Shown here: in pieces, positions 52,405 through 64,000 of the stretch
How the letters are laid out: each line of letters opens with the position of its first letter
Position numbering within the stretch: position 1 is the first letter of the stretch
Assembly (NCBI RefSeq): GCF_001194135.2
Contig: NC_068989.1
Coordinates: 27,640,704 to 27,704,703 of the forward strand
From: Octopus bimaculoides
Taxonomy: Eukaryota
Length of the DNA: 64,000 nucleotides
Reading direction: 5' to 3'
Notes under the pieces: model-generated
Told to the model about the DNA's origin: nothing
Seen by the model: only the letters and a program-made list of their open reading frames with translations
Database searches by the model: none
Made by a program: the position numbers and the translations under genes

Positions 52405-52880
52405 TTTCCGTGTTTACTTCCCATAATCTAGCGCGCTCGGCAAAAGAAACCAATAAAATAAGTACCAGGCATGTAAAAAAAAAAATAAGACCTGGAGGCG
52501 ATTTGTTCGACTAAAACCTATCCCTATCAAGGATGTGCTCCAGTAAAGTCGCAGTCAATTGACTGGTAGACGGAAACTGAAAGAAGCCCGTCGCAAATGT
52601 GTGTGTGTGTGTGTGTGTGTATGTGCGTGTGTGTGTATGTGTGTGTGTGTATGTGTGTGTATGTGTGAGTGTGTGTGTCTGTCTGTTTTTGTCGCCCCAA
52701 CATCGCTTGCCAACCGATGCTGATGTGCTTACGTCCTCGTAACTTAGCGGTTCGGCAAAAACTAAACGATAGCATAAGTACTAGGCTTACAAAGAATAAG
52801 TCCTAGGGTCGATTTGATCGACTAAAAGGCGGTGCCCCAGTCAAATGACTGAAACAAGTCAAAGAATAAAGGAGTAAAAA
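52405..52880 (+). mobile_element. SINE family A tandem fragments (3' half fused to a second copy lacking its head)
   Basis: 3'-half motifs at 52405-52555, then tggtagacggaaactgaaagaagcccgtcg + (TG)n + complete 3' half. Confidence 0.8.
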
Positions 52881-52974
52881 AATTGTGTGTGTGTGTGTGT
52901 ATTGGGTTGGTGCATAATTATTGTGGCTTGTNNNNNNNNNNNNNNNNNNNNNNNNNNNNNNNNNNNNNNNNNNN

Positions 52975-53018
<44 letters not shown>

Positions 53019-53235
53019 GTGTGTGGGGGTGTGGGTGTGCGTGTGTGTGTGTGTGTATTTTTATACGTCTATATGTGTATGTGTATATATATATATATAC
53101 ATACATATATATATATATATGTGTGTGTACGATATTATTCGATTTCTGATTGTCATCAGATAATTTGCTCCGACATGGGTACCTGACTGGATTTGAACAA
53201 AGAAATTGTGTTATTTATATAATTATCCTGTAGAA

Positions 53236-55734
53236 GAGGGGTGTCAAACTCAATCGGACAGGGGGCCAAAACTCAAAGGACACTTTAAGTCGCGGGCCGA
53301 ACAGGATAAACATTTATTGAACAGACTAAAACCTTTTAAACAAGAACATGTATTGAAACAGATAGTGTATAATTTTATTCCAAAAATAGATTCATTTTGA
53401 CTTAAATTTCTTAAAATATTTTGCTCTGCATAAAAATATTTCCTGTCAAAATTATAAAAATTTAAAATAAAAACATGATGCAAAAAATAAAAAGAAAATA
53501 TAAATAAATCTGCTTTTTAGCGAAAATTAAAATAATAAATCAAAACTTTCAATTTTCTTTATGCAACTTTGTCCGAGCTACATACTTCAAATCTTTTCTT
53601 GGCAACGAGTTCATTGATGTTTGGGGTAAGGTTCTGTTTTATTGAGACTTTCAGAATGGATTGCAAGTGTTCATCTGTGAGACGACTCCTATATGACATT
53701 TTATTCATCTTCATCACAGAGAACACCTTCTTGTACAGATATGAGCTTTCACACAAAAACAGCGTTCGAGCTGCATGTAAACGGAGCAGGGGAATGCCTT
53801 CAGGTATGAAGTGAGTGAACTGTGCGGGCCCCCACAGAATCGTACTTTTGTTTTAATGTCCCATTACACTGCATTTAAATATGTACAGGTGCAGTTTCCA
53901 CATTGACAGCAACTGGATTGTGAAGCAGTTAGAAATTGTTTTTCTGTGCTTCAAAGTCACTAAAGAGCCGTGCGAATTCAGTGCGGAGCGCACTCAGTTT
54001 ATCAGCAAAGTGTTGCTTTGGGAACACCGTCTCGCTGACTTGGCTCAACATTACTTGGCAACAGGGTAAAAGACAAGTTCAATTGGTGCATTTGTGTCTC
54101 CCATAAGCGCAGCTTCACTTCAAATGACTTCACTGCGTCATACATATCACAGATCATGCGATATCATCCCTGGAGCTGGATGTTTAAAACACTGAGATGC
54201 GCAGTTATGTCAACCAGGAACGCCAACTCGCATTTCCACATCTCATCCCGCAGAACTTTTTATTCTTTTCCTTTACTGTCCATGAACTGACATATCTCCT
54301 CAACCAGCAGAAAAACTATATCGAGGACCTTTCCCAGACTGAGCCACCGCACCTCCGTATGATAAGGCATGTCACCAAACTCTGAATGTATTTCCTGCAG
54401 GAAAGACTAAAATCGACGGTGATTTAACCCTTTGGTTCGGATAAAGTTTACGCTTTGCGCTACAGTGCTCATTACCTGTTCCTTTTTTGAGACTTTAACG
54501 CACAGCGTTTCCTGGTGTATGACGCAGTGATATGTTGTCAAATCACCAAAGCAGTTCTCTTCTTGCATCTTCAACAGTATACTACACTCTAGTCCACTTT
54601 TATCTGATGCTCTATCTGTTGTAAGTTTGTCCCAAGACAGTTTCATGTCGGTTACACTCTGACATATTTTTCCAAAAAGGTTCTTTCCTGTTGTTGTTCC
54701 ATGCACCGATTTAATGTCTAAAATTTCCTCCATGACGAACAAATTGGAGTCCACTCCACCGCTGAAGATAGCCAGCTGTGTTGTATTAGTAGTCGTGCCA
54801 GTAGTCTCACCCACAACAAGAGAGTATGCAACAAAATATTTTCCTTTTTCAATCAACTGTGTTTTCAAATCAGTGGCCATCTCACACGCCCAATCAGCAA
54901 CCGTATTTCCGCTAATACTCACATCAGCACACAGTTCCTTCTTGTTTGGACACAAAGCGTCGCACATTTTCATCATACATCTCTTCACAAACTCTCCTTC
55001 GGTAAATGGCCGGGCTGATTTTGTGATCTCCTCTGCCACAATAAAACTTGCTTTAACAGCAGCTTCACTTTATGATTTTGCTTTGGTTGAAAGAATGTGT
55101 GTTGTAATGTGAGATTCCTCTTCAACTCTTCTACCTTTCGTTGCTTCTGCTCAGCTGTGAGGTACTTATGCTTGTCCTGATTTTTTGTCTCGTAGTCGCG
55201 TTTGAGATTATACAGCAACATTAGTAACACAACTAAGACACGCGTTTGCCATCAATGTCAGTAATTATGTACTAGGTTTTCAGCATCAACTTTTCTCTCG
55301 GTCATTGATATAGATAGCTATTTCTACTGAACGACGTCGCGTAAGAGCGGTAAAGCTGCTGTTGCGGTGCATTATGGGATTAGTAGATTTTGCGTCATCA
55401 GTGCTTCTAAACACGCGAATAGAGAATTGAAGGAAGCGTTTCTCAGGATGTTTTGTTGCAGTTACAATTAAGACTGGTGAATGTGTTAACGTTTTTATTT
55501 GTACGGATAGAATGTAATAGTTTACAGTGTTGTTGTTTCTAGTCGTGTATTAAATTATTGCTACTTTTCCATGTAATGGACCGCTTTAGCTACTCACTAT
55601 GTATGTGCAGTTGTAACAGGAAGGTATGGGTGTTGCTGAGGGCAGCAAAGTACTCTATTTGCTGATGCCGCCATTTGGACCAATTTCATGTTGATATCAA
55701 AATGGTCCCGCGAGCCAGGAGTTTGACATATCTG
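53236..55734 (-). mobile_element. hAT DNA transposon (Charlie/SPIN/GTF2IRD2-like), full length, non-functional
   Basis: TIRs gaggggtgtcaaact (53236-50) and agtttgacatatctg (55720-34); flanking 8-mers ctgtagaa / ctccagaa (6 of 8 match, TSD); internal transposase. Confidence 0.9.
53559..55305 (-). pseudogene. hAT transposase pseudogene (about 580 codons, frameshifts and stops)
   Basis: RDYETK (BED-like region), [70 protein letters not shown] (hATC dimerisation domain). Confidence 0.9.
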
Positions 55735-56187
55735 CTCCAGAACTTTCAAGCACGGAGTAACCGTTTTTTTTATCTCAAAAACAAACGCGATATTTGTAGC
55801 GATGGATGTTATACTTTATGCGAAAGAACCAAATATTTCAATGATAAGGTAGACAGTATCTTTTGTTTACAAAAGGTCCATATTTGGAATCTAATCTGAT
55901 ACTATATACATATGATAGGATAATTTATAATCCAAGGAAATATTTTTATCAAAAGCAACTTATTTCCAGACATTTATGGTTAGTAAGCGAGGATTTGCGA
56001 ATACTGAGTAAATCTTTATATTCCTGTCTTATTAACTGTGCTTTTTTACAGAAACTGTTTATTTGGAATCACTTAAGTTTATATTACTGGGGGATTCAGA
56101 CACCACACCTAATGCTTCTAATATTAAAACTCGCAATATAGTTGGTCTGGCAAACCTAACCGTCTATTACTATCCGTACGTAGAGCA

Positions 56188-56390
56188 GGACGGCGAACTC
56201 GCAGAACCGTTAGGACGACGGGGAAAATGCTTAGCAACATTTCGTCCGTCTTTACGTTCTGAGTTCAAAATCCACGAGGTCGCCATTCGTAATTTCAAGG
56301 TCGATAAAATAACTACTAGTCGGGCATTAGGGCTGGTGTAACCAACTTATCGCTTCCACAAAAAATTTGCTGACTTTGTGCCCCAGAATG
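56188..56390 (+). mobile_element. SINE family B, diverged
   Basis: ggcgaactcgcagaaccgttag...gagttcaaaatcc...ggtcgataaaataactact. Confidence 0.75.
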
Positions 56391-57457
56391 TGTAAGTTTA
56401 CTTCGAGTTTATGACTCTGACGTGCTGCCATTTATGTTTTAACTTGAAAACAGTTAACAGCTAGTTGATAACGGTGGTTTCATCTGCTAGAAATATCAGC
56501 TAAATCTCCATGCAAGTTACTTTTCATTTCAAAGAAAGATCGCAACATTTGGTAATATAGTTCTAGATACTGTGTATGAATAGAAGATGAGATACTCGTA
56601 TCTGGTCTGCTTGTGATGATAAATCTTATCAAACAGGTCTGAGTTAGAATTTAAACGTCTGTACCTATGAAGCACACTAACAAGTAAAACAAAAATTAGT
56701 GCTTAAATATTCTTGGGTGTTTTGTATATTAATTTGAAATAGTGAGCAATGTACGATGTACTCTTTGTTTTACAGAATTTGTACATCTGAAACAGCAATA
56801 TTTTGTACAGTGAATGGTGTCGGATATTGCAATTTTATACTGTATCAATCGTCTATAATTCACTTTAATGTGTCCATATGTTTGTGAATGTATGTATGTG
56901 TGCATGCAATTGTACGTAAATTTGTGCGTGTGTGTGTTCAACGTCAGGTTGCTTAGTTCAATGACAAACATCAGCCAACCTTACTGATTCACAAAGAAAA
57001 TAAACAGGGACATTAAATACATTAACCTGACGTGTGAGTGCAAAGTAGAAGACCTGTTGATATTATCTTAGAAATATGAAGAAAACAAGCATGCTATATA
57101 AAATAGGAGCAACATACTTTTTATTTTCAAAATAAAATTATCCAGTATAAAACACATACGTACGTTTACAGTTAGAGAAAATCGCTGGTAACTACAAACT
57201 TATAGCTTAAACTATTTAAAATCACTGCTTTTGTCAAAATTCTTAGTCAACGGTTGAAAAAAACAAAACAGTCCTCCATACTCTACCAACATGTCAAAGA
57301 CCAGCATGCAGGTACACTAGGTTAACTTGATTTCGCATTCCATCCAAGCACCCGAAGAACCCAACACTCAGAAAAATACAGGAGTACGTCCTCATAAAGG
57401 AAACATCCACACTACTAAATAGGAAATATACGTAGAAGGTAGTAATACCCCAATACT

Positions 57458-57606
<149 letters not shown>

Positions 57607-57850
57607 GAGATAAATGGATATGTAAGTAAACAGATAGATAAACAGATAGTTAGGTACATAGGTAATATGAACAGACAAACACATACTTACATACATAAAG
57701 AAATGAAGACTGAAACACATGATCATATACACACAAGCACATTTCACACAAACACACAAGGACACATATGGAGACACATACAAATGCACACACAGATACA
57801 TATAAACACACAAACATGAATACATGAACACATGAATATGCAGAATACAT

Positions 57851-58226
57851 TGTTGTTGTTGGCACTCCGTCGCTTACGACGTCGAGGGTTCCAGTTGATC
57901 CGATCAAAGGAACAGCCTGCTCGTGAAATTAACGTGCAAGTAGCTGAGCTCTCCACAGACACGTGTACCCTTAACGTAGTTCTCGGGGATATTCAGCGTG
58001 ACACAGTGTGACAAGGCTGACCCTTTTAATTACAGGTACAACAGAAACAGGAAGTAAGAGTGAGAGAAAGTACAGCAGGGTTCGGCACCATCCCCTGCCG
58101 GAGCCTCGTGGAGCTTTAGGTGCTTTCGCTCAATAAACACTCACAACGCCCGGTCTGTGAATCGAAACCGCGATCCTATGACCGCGAGTCTGCTGCCTTA
58201 GCCACTGGGCCATTTCGCCTCCACGC
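57851..58226 (-). mobile_element. tRNA-derived SINE family C, full length, (CAA)n tail
   Basis: Minus head ggcgaaatggcccagtggctaaggcagcagactcgcgg...ggtttcgattc; tail gacggagtgccaacaacaac. Confidence 0.85.
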
Positions 58227-59620
58227 AAAATACATACATACAAACAAACATACACACACACACGCATACATATATATATATGAATATACACACAGACACA
58301 TATATGCATACACACATACATACATGCATGCAGACATACATAATATGTGTATACACACGCACACTGACGCACACACAAGGGCCCAAACAAACAAAAAAAC
58401 GCAGCTCTGATAACGGACAGAGTCAATGACCATTGAAAAGTGTGCAAGACTCAACGAAAATTCTAAAAAAAGATAAATAAGTATAAATGAGTTGAAATCG
58501 AGCCGGTGAGTGTTAAGACAAAGCCTGGATAAGGCGCTAAAAGAGAATGACTCTCCCCAGACAGAATAAGATATGCTTCAACACACAACTTCACATAAAT
58601 AATATTGCAAACCAAATACAAAAATGAAATTTTACTATAAATTTTCAATAAAATAAATACAATGAATTATATTTATTTCTCCCAGGGAAATTGAAACAAA
58701 TGAATCTGAATTGAGATCAATAAATTTTTCAGATAAAGTTTAGATTTTCTTGGAAAGATATGAGGCATGAACAGTAGGAAATTTTCATACTTCACTGTTA
58801 AAGATTAAAATTGTTCCATTTGCTTTGGTGCTGACATTAAATAGTGCTGAAGTAGTAGAGATTACCACAAAGAATTACACAGTTTCTACTTCACAACTAC
58901 ACTTCCGTACTTCCCTTCAAGTGCCAGCAATAAATGTTTCTTCCTCTTCACTTTTAGATAAGGAATGTAAACAGAGGTATTGGACTGTACCCTTTTACAC
59001 CAAAATAGTTGAGCATTTTTGTCACTGGAGTTTTTGATAATGAAACTGTTCGATCAGAGTTGATCTAGGTCCAATAAAAAATATATGAATATTTCGAGTT
59101 AATGACGTAACGCCAATAACACCTTGGATATGAAACCAAATTAAAAGGAAATTATATTAATTAGATACTGTGTTCTTGAAAAAGTCTTGATGGTCACAGC
59201 TGGAACGATTTTGATTACAAAATCCGTTGGCTCAAAGTTGATTTGACCTTAAAAATCATTTAAATTTATAGATGCTTACTCAAATATTCGGTTACATCAA
59301 ATATATTAAATTGAACTCAGTATTATACTAGATTCAAGCCTTTGAATCCGCAAGGGCGCTTTACAAGATAGGTTTTTGTTTGTAGTGAGTAGTCTTATGG
59401 TTATGTGTTCACGGTTCGCTAATTGGCGGAAATATTTTCAGCTGTAATCATAAAACGCATGTAGTCACCCGCTTTGCGTCTTCCAAAGTGTTTGTCGAAC
59501 GAAATCACAAATACTGAATGTACTGGTGAATTCAAAGAGTTAAGTATTACATTTAAGCAGGTACTGTATTAAATGACAAAAAAAAAAAAAACTATTGTCA
59601 TTATTCACAGACTGCCTAAA

Positions 59621-59833
59621 CTAGCGTGCTAGCAGAATCATTAGCGTCCGGATAAAATGTTTAGCGGCATTTCGCCCTCTTTACTTTCTGAGCTCAAATT
59701 TCGCCGAGGTCGACTTTGCCTTTCCTCCTTCGATATCGATAAAATAAGTACCATTCGGGTACTGAGATCTACGTAATCGAGTAACCCCCTACCCACAAAT
59801 TCCAGGTCTTGTGCCTATAATCGAAAGGATCAT
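59621..59833 (+). mobile_element. SINE family B, full length
   Basis: agcagaatcattagcg...gagctcaaatttcgccgaggtcgactttgcctttcc...gataaaataagtacc...gtgcctataatcgaaaggatcatt. Confidence 0.85.
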
Positions 59834-62800
59834 TCAGAAACTGCTTATATACACATTTTTCTAAATCTATTTGTCCTTAACGATTTCATTGGCAAATACT
59901 AAGTGTTCAGTCGATGTCGGAATATCTCGAGATACACAGAACATCTTTTAAATCGATCAGTTACTCTAATATACACAATGAATTAGGAAAAAAACGTATT
60001 TAAAATTTTTTTATTTGTATAATATATATTTTTTTATCATATCAATACCAACAGATTTTTTTTTAATTATTTTTTGTGACTTTCTTTACTGAAATCACAC
60101 ACCTAGCATATTCTAATTTCACACTTAACATTATAATGTACGAAATGCATTTTTTCTTTGTATTTTACTGTTTATAAAGCTAGATTTGAAGAGCTGCAAC
60201 TAGACCAGATGGATATAGATATTCATATATATTTTTTGTATTCTTCTTTTTAAAAGATTTGTGGATCTAGTCGTATATTTTTCATTTTACTTGTCCTTTA
60301 GCCATGAATTGCAGTAAAAATATTCTTTCTTTAAAAAAATACAATTGTGTTACATTATAAACTTGCACCTAAAATATTTAGAAGGTAAAGTACATTGGAA
60401 TTTACTTCTTCATCGTCGTAGACAGACAGAAAAGCAATAAAGAGTATATATTTCCTTTCTAAGTGAATAAGTTTCAAATTTTTCCATCATCACGAGTGGG
60501 TTGCTGAAATCTATTAACCAAAAGATGGGGTGTCAGTGATACGAAAAGATTATCAGAAATGAATTACATTGTATTAACACCTGACATAAATCAGAAAATT
60601 CATTACTAAGTAGTCCCCAACGTGATTGATCATACTGTAGCTATTTCAGTTTTCACGCCTTTTCCATTTCATACACTTCACATATTATACAAGAATAATC
60701 ATGGTTTGGGTAAATCCGACTTCGAAGATTCTTTCATATATGACATGCAGTATTTTAGTATATTTGAACAACAGAATGGAACGTAGTTTTACCTTCCTTT
60801 TATAATCTCATGGGATTATTGTTCTAACTGAAGGGCGCAGAGAATTGAACCAAAAATGCATTGTCTCTCACTGAGATACCGTCTTTAATATTTCACGCAT
60901 CTGCATTAATAATTAGGGCTAATTCTTACGAAATAATTTCGATATAATGCTTTCTGATTTCGGCACAGGGCCTACAAATTTGAAGGCAGGGTGTTAGTCG
61001 ATGCTATCGACTCCATTACGGGGTGGGGTGAAAGTAGATTTCAGCTCGGCAAGATTTGAAACCAGACAGTAAGGAAATGGAAGAAATAGTCCATGGTATT
61101 TTCTCCGACGTCTCAGATGTCAAGTCTCAAATAAATATAATACCGACTGTAAATATATGTCATGTGTTTGTGGATTACTGTGCAGTGGTTGTACATATCT
61201 TAAAATATACATTAGCAGGAAAATCATGTCCTATCGTCTTTTTTGCATCTTTTCTCTTTTGTGTGGTTAGTATGATCACAAAGCACATCGCTCATAATAT
61301 TTTTTAGGGCCTCTATGATTTATACGTGGGATATAGTTATCGTCAGAAAAATAACAACATATAAATGCACACAATATATGACGTTAACAAATAAACGTTT
61401 TAAAATTTACTCTTAGAATGCATATTCAGGCAATTTTTAGAAAATGTATTATTCACATTTTATATAAAAGTATATACACCTGTTAATAGTTTCACTGCAT
61501 ATAAGTACTGTATATAGTATACGTGTGTATGTATGTCTGCGTGCGTGCGTGTACAACACACACATAATGCATGCTAATACATGCACGCACATACACAAAC
61601 TCACAGACACACACATATCTATATATAAGATACATTTCGTGAGTGTGCATGTATGCGCGCATGTGGGTATTTACACGTACACACCCCTGTGTTTATGGAT
61701 GTATGTTATGTTGTGAGAATATATATCCAGGTGCGTTTCTTAACATTAATAATTTTCAAGGTATAGATCGCATGCGAAAATGTATTGCCAATTGGAACAG
61801 CTTTGAAAACATGTAGTAGTTCGCGTGCCGTTGAACTAAATTTAAGTCAAGTTACTTTTACATTCTAAACATAAAGAGAAACACAAATAGTATAAACATT
61901 TTCGTTTAACGTTTTAAAATTTAAAATACCCCATTCTAGTAGCATACTGTGAAGAATTACTACAAAGATTTTAATCAAAAGATTTTTCAATTGTACTATT
62001 CATGACCGCTTTTCAATGTAGCTAACAGTGTAAAAAAATGTATATTAGGATTTCGAATCATGATGGAGGTTATGTTATCTCTCAGTGATTTGTAATTAGA
62101 TTGAAAAGGAATGTAACTCCATACTGTTTTATCCGTCACACTATAGTTTTTGCAATGCGCCTCCCACTTCCGACCAAAGAATAAGTTCTGTCACAGATAT
62201 GGGATCACACATGTTTTGTTAGTTTAGCGTTTTAAATAATTACTAGTTTTTTTTATTGGTAGTTATTTATTTCAGTACGGAAAATTTGAAGTCACAACAG
62301 TGGCGAGGATTGAGCTCTAAATGTGGAGATACACAAACAGCTTAATTCTTTCTACTATTACAAATTCCAACTGGATAGTGATTTCTTATTAAGGTACACA
62401 TCCACAAATACGTGGATGGTGGTGAGGATTCTTAATCAAATGAATTCGTGAATTATTCTGATATTTATTTAATCCACATAAATAAGGATGTCAACTGAGA
62501 AATTAAATACACAAAGTACACAGCTCGATGTATTCGCCTCTGCTCTCTTGTCTGCAAATATTTTGTTCCACTTACAAGATAAAGAAATACGCAGGAATAT
62601 ACTAATTGCTTATGAAGGAACAGTGTTATCTTTTCGCTACCCCATATTACATATACGCAACACAGATAAATTGACATTGATTCACATCACTTTAAAATAG
62701 ATATCGGAGAGACAGAGAGAGACAGAGAGAGGCTTCTACTATAATCACTTTTGTTCTTACAAAGATGAACTTTATACGACATGAATTGGAGTTTGGTGAG

Positions 62801-63876
62801 AGGCAAACAAAATTTTATATGGAACTTGAAAGTTGTATATAAAATTTTGTTTCAGCAACTAAACATTACCATACTTGAACGAAACACTGAATTAGTTAAT
62901 GTTTAATAGTTTTAAAAAGAAATAAAAATTAATAATGATTTTAGTGTATTCTTTTATGCATATGTTTCGAATTCAATGTTACGGATAATTTAAGGCTGCT
63001 TCTTAGCTCGATGTTAATGAATTGAAGCTGTTGTAATTACTATAGTTGAATGTTGACCATCTCTTTTCATAGATTGTCACCGTTCAATTACATTTTCATT
63101 TAATTTCTATTCTTTGCTTCACTTACAACCCTATCGACAAATTCGAATATTGATTACATTGTCTACAATAGCAGTAACCGCAACAAGAGCAGCGCCATGA
63201 GCGAACAAAAGAGAAAACAATAGCAATATCGTCTATAATATTGTGTTAAAACTTGGCCAACGAATATCTTCAAATTAATGTATTTAATAAATTGGAAACA
63301 TAGGTTAAGGGTGATGCTTTTAATGTTAACCAATAAAGTGTTTAATTTGCTAGCATCGGAAAGTTTCGAGGATTTTACTACTCAACTGAAAATGTTTCAA
63401 TTTAATTATCACGTGTTGTTAAAAACGTATCATGATATTGGCTCTTGAAAAATATAAAAACTGGCGTTTGAACTTTACAAATGGAAAGACGTAGACGTTC
63501 GTGGTTCTATTCTCAATTAAAGGGAACCCTTACTCTAATTTAATATAAAATGGTGTTTAAACTTTTTAGAGTTGATCATTAGTCATTGATATCATATTTT
63601 CAACAGTTTCAGATCAAGAAGAGAGCCTACTTTAACTTAAGTCAAAGAACCGCTTATGATATCGTATGAACCTATGAAAAGGTTTTCACTTCAATGTTGC
63701 CATTGAGTCTCCTTGAAACACATTTGTGCTCCATCCATTCTCAGTCGAATCGCTATAAAGGAACCGCCGTCGTATATTCAACTGATATTATAAATCTCTT
63801 CAACAGTTTACATTTTCATCTTCTACAATTTACATAAAGTCAGTTTATAAATGTAGTACCTATTATTATTATTATT

Positions 63877-64000
63877 GTTCAGTAGTTTTATTTTTATAAC
63901 GTGCTTTCACTTCACTACCGAGCGCAGCTCTGTGCGCCTTGGGTATGTGCTGTGGTTTGCTGTGGTGCTCTTATGGTTACTGTATTGAAAGTGTTTTGCG
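63877..64000 (-). mobile_element. R4/Dong-clade 3' end, young subfamily (runs off window)
   Basis: Reverse complement matches 12699-12822 with one mismatch; followed by (AAT)5 tail at 63861-63876. Confidence 0.95.

Noticed and set aside
57290-57420. Minus-strand candidate exon with tttag acceptor
   Set aside because: Stops in all frames; peptide VLLYFSECWVLR looks like a small RTE remnant rather than a host exon.
58150-58226. tRNA gene-like A/B boxes (also at 120-184, 50160-50225, 59621-59705)
   Set aside because: They are heads of SINEs continuing into family-specific bodies; no complete cloverleaf is supportable.
58690-59050. ORF 58825-59037 and partial open frames on the opposite strand
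   Set aside because: No recognisable domain, inconsistent splice signals, and length compatible with chance.

Overview
Eukaryotic, AT-rich, gap-ridden scaffold sequence (about 15 N-runs) with no recognisable intact protein-coding gene, rRNA, tRNA gene or CRISPR array. The repeat complement strongly suggests an octopus (cephalopod) genome; this is inference from recalled repeat families, not a database result. The window is a mosaic of decayed mobile elements and microsatellites: about ten R4/Dong-clade (RT + CCHC + restriction-like endonuclease) non-LTR fragments, nearly all abutting (AAT)n-type arrays; three L1/Tx1-like, three CR1/L2-group and two RTE fragments; two Penelope-like elements, one as an inverted composite; a full-length dead hAT (Charlie/SPIN-type) element with TIRs and a near-matching 8-bp TSD; an irritans-like mariner 5' half; three tRNA-derived SINE families; and an (AAT)n-flanked non-coding retroposon. 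Most ORFs in the supplied track are artefacts of N-runs or simple repeats. The most notable signal is a near-canonical type I hammerhead ribozyme at 28650-28733 with an intact core, palindromic stem III and an unusually long, branched stem II. A second, degenerate hammerhead lies at 43930-43975. Other points of interest are a 280-bp hairpin made of two copies of the same Dong tail-to-RT chimeric junction, strand-polarised retroposon insertion at trinucleotide arrays, a possible recursive splice site, and weak candidate host exons. Element boundaries are read by eye and approximate unless stated.
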